A stretch of DNA of 64,000 nt from assembly GCF_009914755.1 (NCBI RefSeq), contig NC_060926.1; one strand, given 5' to 3'. Positions 60,658 through 64,000 of this stretch are shown in pieces; position 1 is the first letter of the stretch; each line of letters opens with the position of its first letter. The notes beneath the pieces were generated by a model. That model made no database searches, had not been told where the DNA came from, and was given only the letters and a program-made list of their open reading frames with translations. Origin of the DNA: the human T2T-CHM13v2.0 reference genome, Homo sapiens. Both the position numbers and the translations under genes were made by a program.

Positions 60658-61052
60658 AAAACCTTGGAGCCAATAAAGCAAGTTGATTATTTTGATAGGG
60701 TTGTGATTGTTAAAGGAATTCTCTTTGATCTATTAAAGTTGTATTTGTTTCTGTCTTTTATATGTGCTATACCTGACTGACTATGTTTAACACTGAAGTT
60801 AAAAATCACAATGATAAGAAAGCTTGAATGTTGAATGCTGAATGTTACAGTTGCCCTTTGGAATAATGACCCTGTCTTTAATTTTTGGCTACTTATGCAG
60901 ATTGTGTTGCTTATTGTGCTCCATACTTCTGAAAGGGCAACTGCTATGGGGTTTCCTAGTTTTAGAAGGTAATACTTTACTTTAGTGTGGAAGGAGCTGG
61001 AGAAGTAGACTCACGGAGATATTACAACATAATCTCATTTCCTAATTTATAA

Positions 61053-61415
<363 letters not shown>

Positions 61416-61636
61416 CGAGGTCCTCATTTTTTAGGCAGTTATAGTATTGATAGTATGATTAATAAGCTTTTTGCTAAATACTGAAGAATGCTTTCTCGCT
61501 ATAAATCACCATCAATGTGGAGCTCAAAGTTGTTTCCCAAGTGCTAGAAGAATTCCTGCTAGTAATTAGTAATGACCCAGCCTGGAGATCATCTCAAACC
61601 ACTTGGCAAGTCTCATCTTAAGGAGATTACTTAAAG

Positions 61637-62309
61637 CAGGAGTTTCTCAAACTTTAAAAACTATGGGTCATTTATATGAAGAATAAGTTTTAGAAATTAT
61701 TATAAAGATGTAAGGTTTCAAATGGCAACTAGTAAGGAAATAAGTTTCACAGTTTGTGGAAATTCTCATTAAGGGAAGGGCAGTAGAATAATAAGAACCT
61801 TTTGACTGTGAGGGTCAAAAGGTTAGGAATTTGGGGAATTTTTAGGGAATACAATAACATTTATTTAACTTTATTGTTGCTCTTTTTTAAGGTTAGAGAG
61901 AACAAATTAGAATATTTTCCACCTATTATATGACAACATTTTATCACTACAGACTGGCTAAGACAATGAAATTCTGGGCCAGATAAAGAAATAAGAAATT
62001 ATGTATCCTCATACAAACTTAAAACATTAAAAATTCAGATAATTGATGGCTCATGCCAGTAATCCTAACTACTTGAGAGGCTGAGGCAAAAGGATTGCTT
62101 AAGCCCAGGAGTTGAGGCTACAGTGAGCCAGGATCGTACCACTGCACTCCAGCCTGGGTGACAGAGTGAGACCTTGTCTCTAAAAAAAAAAGAAAAAAAC
62201 CAACAATCAGAGATAATTCCATAAGGCTGTATAAACCCTTTCAACTCCACCTTTCGAGGACCAACTGAATTCAAACTGTTTTCTGTGGAACACAGTTTTT
62301 AAAACCCTG
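61637..62309. mobile_element. Putative hAT-Charlie non-autonomous DNA transposon
   Basis: Imperfect terminal inverted repeats 'caggagtttctcaaact' and 'agtttttaaaaccctg'. Confidence 0.5.
62045..62200 (+). mobile_element. Alu monomer (FRAM/FAM or J right-arm type)
   Basis: Single arm plus A tail; AGATAATT on both sides. Confidence 0.85.
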
Positions 62310-63933
62310 CTTTACATGATTGATCCAGGCTGAACCTATGAAGACACCTTGGCCAGTGTCACCGATGTTCCCCTAGCAGTTGTGTCCCTCTGCTCTAGGG
62401 TACCAGTGGCCTCACTAGTGCCATTACCGTTCTGAAACTCACGTGTAACTGGCCAGGGTACAAAACTTTAATAGGAGAGTGAAACCACAAAATGCTGAAG
62501 CTTTGAAAATCTTGAGCCATCTTGTCCTGATTTTGAAGGACACATTGCTTATCACCCAAATGAAGATTAGATTAGCAGTGCTGCTGGCCCAATCCTGTGA
62601 GCTGTGTAGTGTGTAAATACTCCTTTCATTAGCTGGCCTATTAGAAAGCGTAACCCCCGAGCCAGGACTTATTTTGCCCCACCTTCTAGAAAATACCGTG
62701 ACTTCATGTTGAAGGTGCCAAGAACAACTTCAGCTCTCCAGTCTCTGAGGAAATGTTTGTTTTTGTACTTGTGAGTTATGCATTTTATGGGGCAGACTGT
62801 CGTTGCTGAATTTCTTTCTGCTTTTTATTCCATCTGTTCCTCAACTCTTACAAAAGCTAGCCATACCATCTCTCTCTCTAGCTTCTGAAGTGGTAAGCTA
62901 ATTGCATTTTTAGGAATGACGTGTAGTTGTCATCCATCTAAATGGTAAATAGGAAATGTAGGTAATACTCTAGAACTCTGATCCTTCTGTTGTCAGTTAT
63001 GCCGTGTGTTGGTTGCTTTTGAATGTCCTGGACATTGTTCCTAGGACCTGCTTGCCGTGAGTTTGTTGGTGAAAGGAGATGTATTGGGGTGATGATTCAT
63101 TGCTATATTTTAGAATTATTTTTGTAATACTGTGAATTACATTTGGTGATTGTTTTAATATTCTATGTTTGGTTTCTTTGCAATTTTTAAAATCTCTCTT
63201 ATGAAATAGAACTTTTTAATGCTGCCGCCATGCTGACGATTTTCTAGGGTTGCAGCTGAGATATACTGCACGGCCCTGCTTTGAATATGCTCCCTCCATC
63301 TTCAGTCATCAGAATTTGATTTGGCAAGCTATCCCAGATAACCTGTGTAATGTTCGATAGTTTAATAATAATAATAAAAGAAATGAGTTTCTCTTTGGCC
63401 AACAGCTTCTTCTTGCTCTCACTTAAAACATTTCACAGCCTTGAGATGCAGCTCAGAATTGTTCCACTGTCAGCAGGGAGGGAGGAGTGTGATGTCATGT
63501 TATTAGTAATGTACACAGCTGCTGCTTCCAAGCTGTGGGAGAGTATATTGCTGTCTTCAGAGATATTTTCTCCTGTACTGAAGGCAATTATCGTCATCAC
63601 CAGTTACTTTGGGCTGCTAGCATGTTATCTCAATTAACTGTGAGAATAAAATAGATAGTATCCCTTATGTTTGATGTGTTTGAATTTTTATTGTTTTGAG
63701 AAACTGAGAACAAATTATTTGCAAAATATGTCTTATGGTTAGCAGAAAAAATTATAGTGTTCTCAGATTGGATAAACTAATCTAGTGTTGACATGTCATT
63801 TAGGGTTTAGATTCTCTTCTACCAACAATTCTGTGTCAGGCAGGTTCCCTAAGTCCACAGATATTAAATATTCCGTAGTCACCCTCTTTACCTTTAGATG
63901 ACATTACATTGAAGACAGATGACAGATAAATGC

Positions 63934-64000
63934 ACATATATATACATATACACATAATATATATAGACACATACATATGTATTTGTACATGTATAAATAT
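63934..64000. repeat. (TA/CA)n degenerate microsatellite
   Basis: Visible alternating runs. Confidence 0.8.

Noticed and set aside
60036-60673. 207-aa, 136-aa and 77-aa ORFs
   Set aside because: They are translations of the polypurine/polypyrimidine tract, which lacks stop codons; low-complexity artefacts.

Overview
Primate, almost certainly human, non-coding genomic DNA (intronic or intergenic). A human-specific AluYb8-type segment at ~21.7 kb supports human origin. I found no CpG island, no convincing host-gene exon, no RNA gene and no CRISPR-like array. The long ORFs are decayed LINE-1 ORF2 pieces, Alu-derived frames or low-complexity artefacts. The window is a mosaic of transposable elements: about 20 Alus, a younger L1PA nested antisense inside an older L1PA (8.15-12.08 kb), MaLR LTRs (MST, THE1), an MLT1-type provirus retaining LTR-internal-LTR structure (45.0-48.2 kb), LTR16 elements, hAT DNA transposons, old L1M/L2/MIR fragments and microsatellites. 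I see no new biological system. The best second-look items are an AluS/AluYb8 chimera, the nested inverted L1 pair, a three-armed Alu, the retained MaLR provirus and tandem duplications that can be dated by CpG decay. Subfamily names come from recalled consensus sequences and need RepeatMasker/Dfam confirmation. Edges of old elements are approximate.
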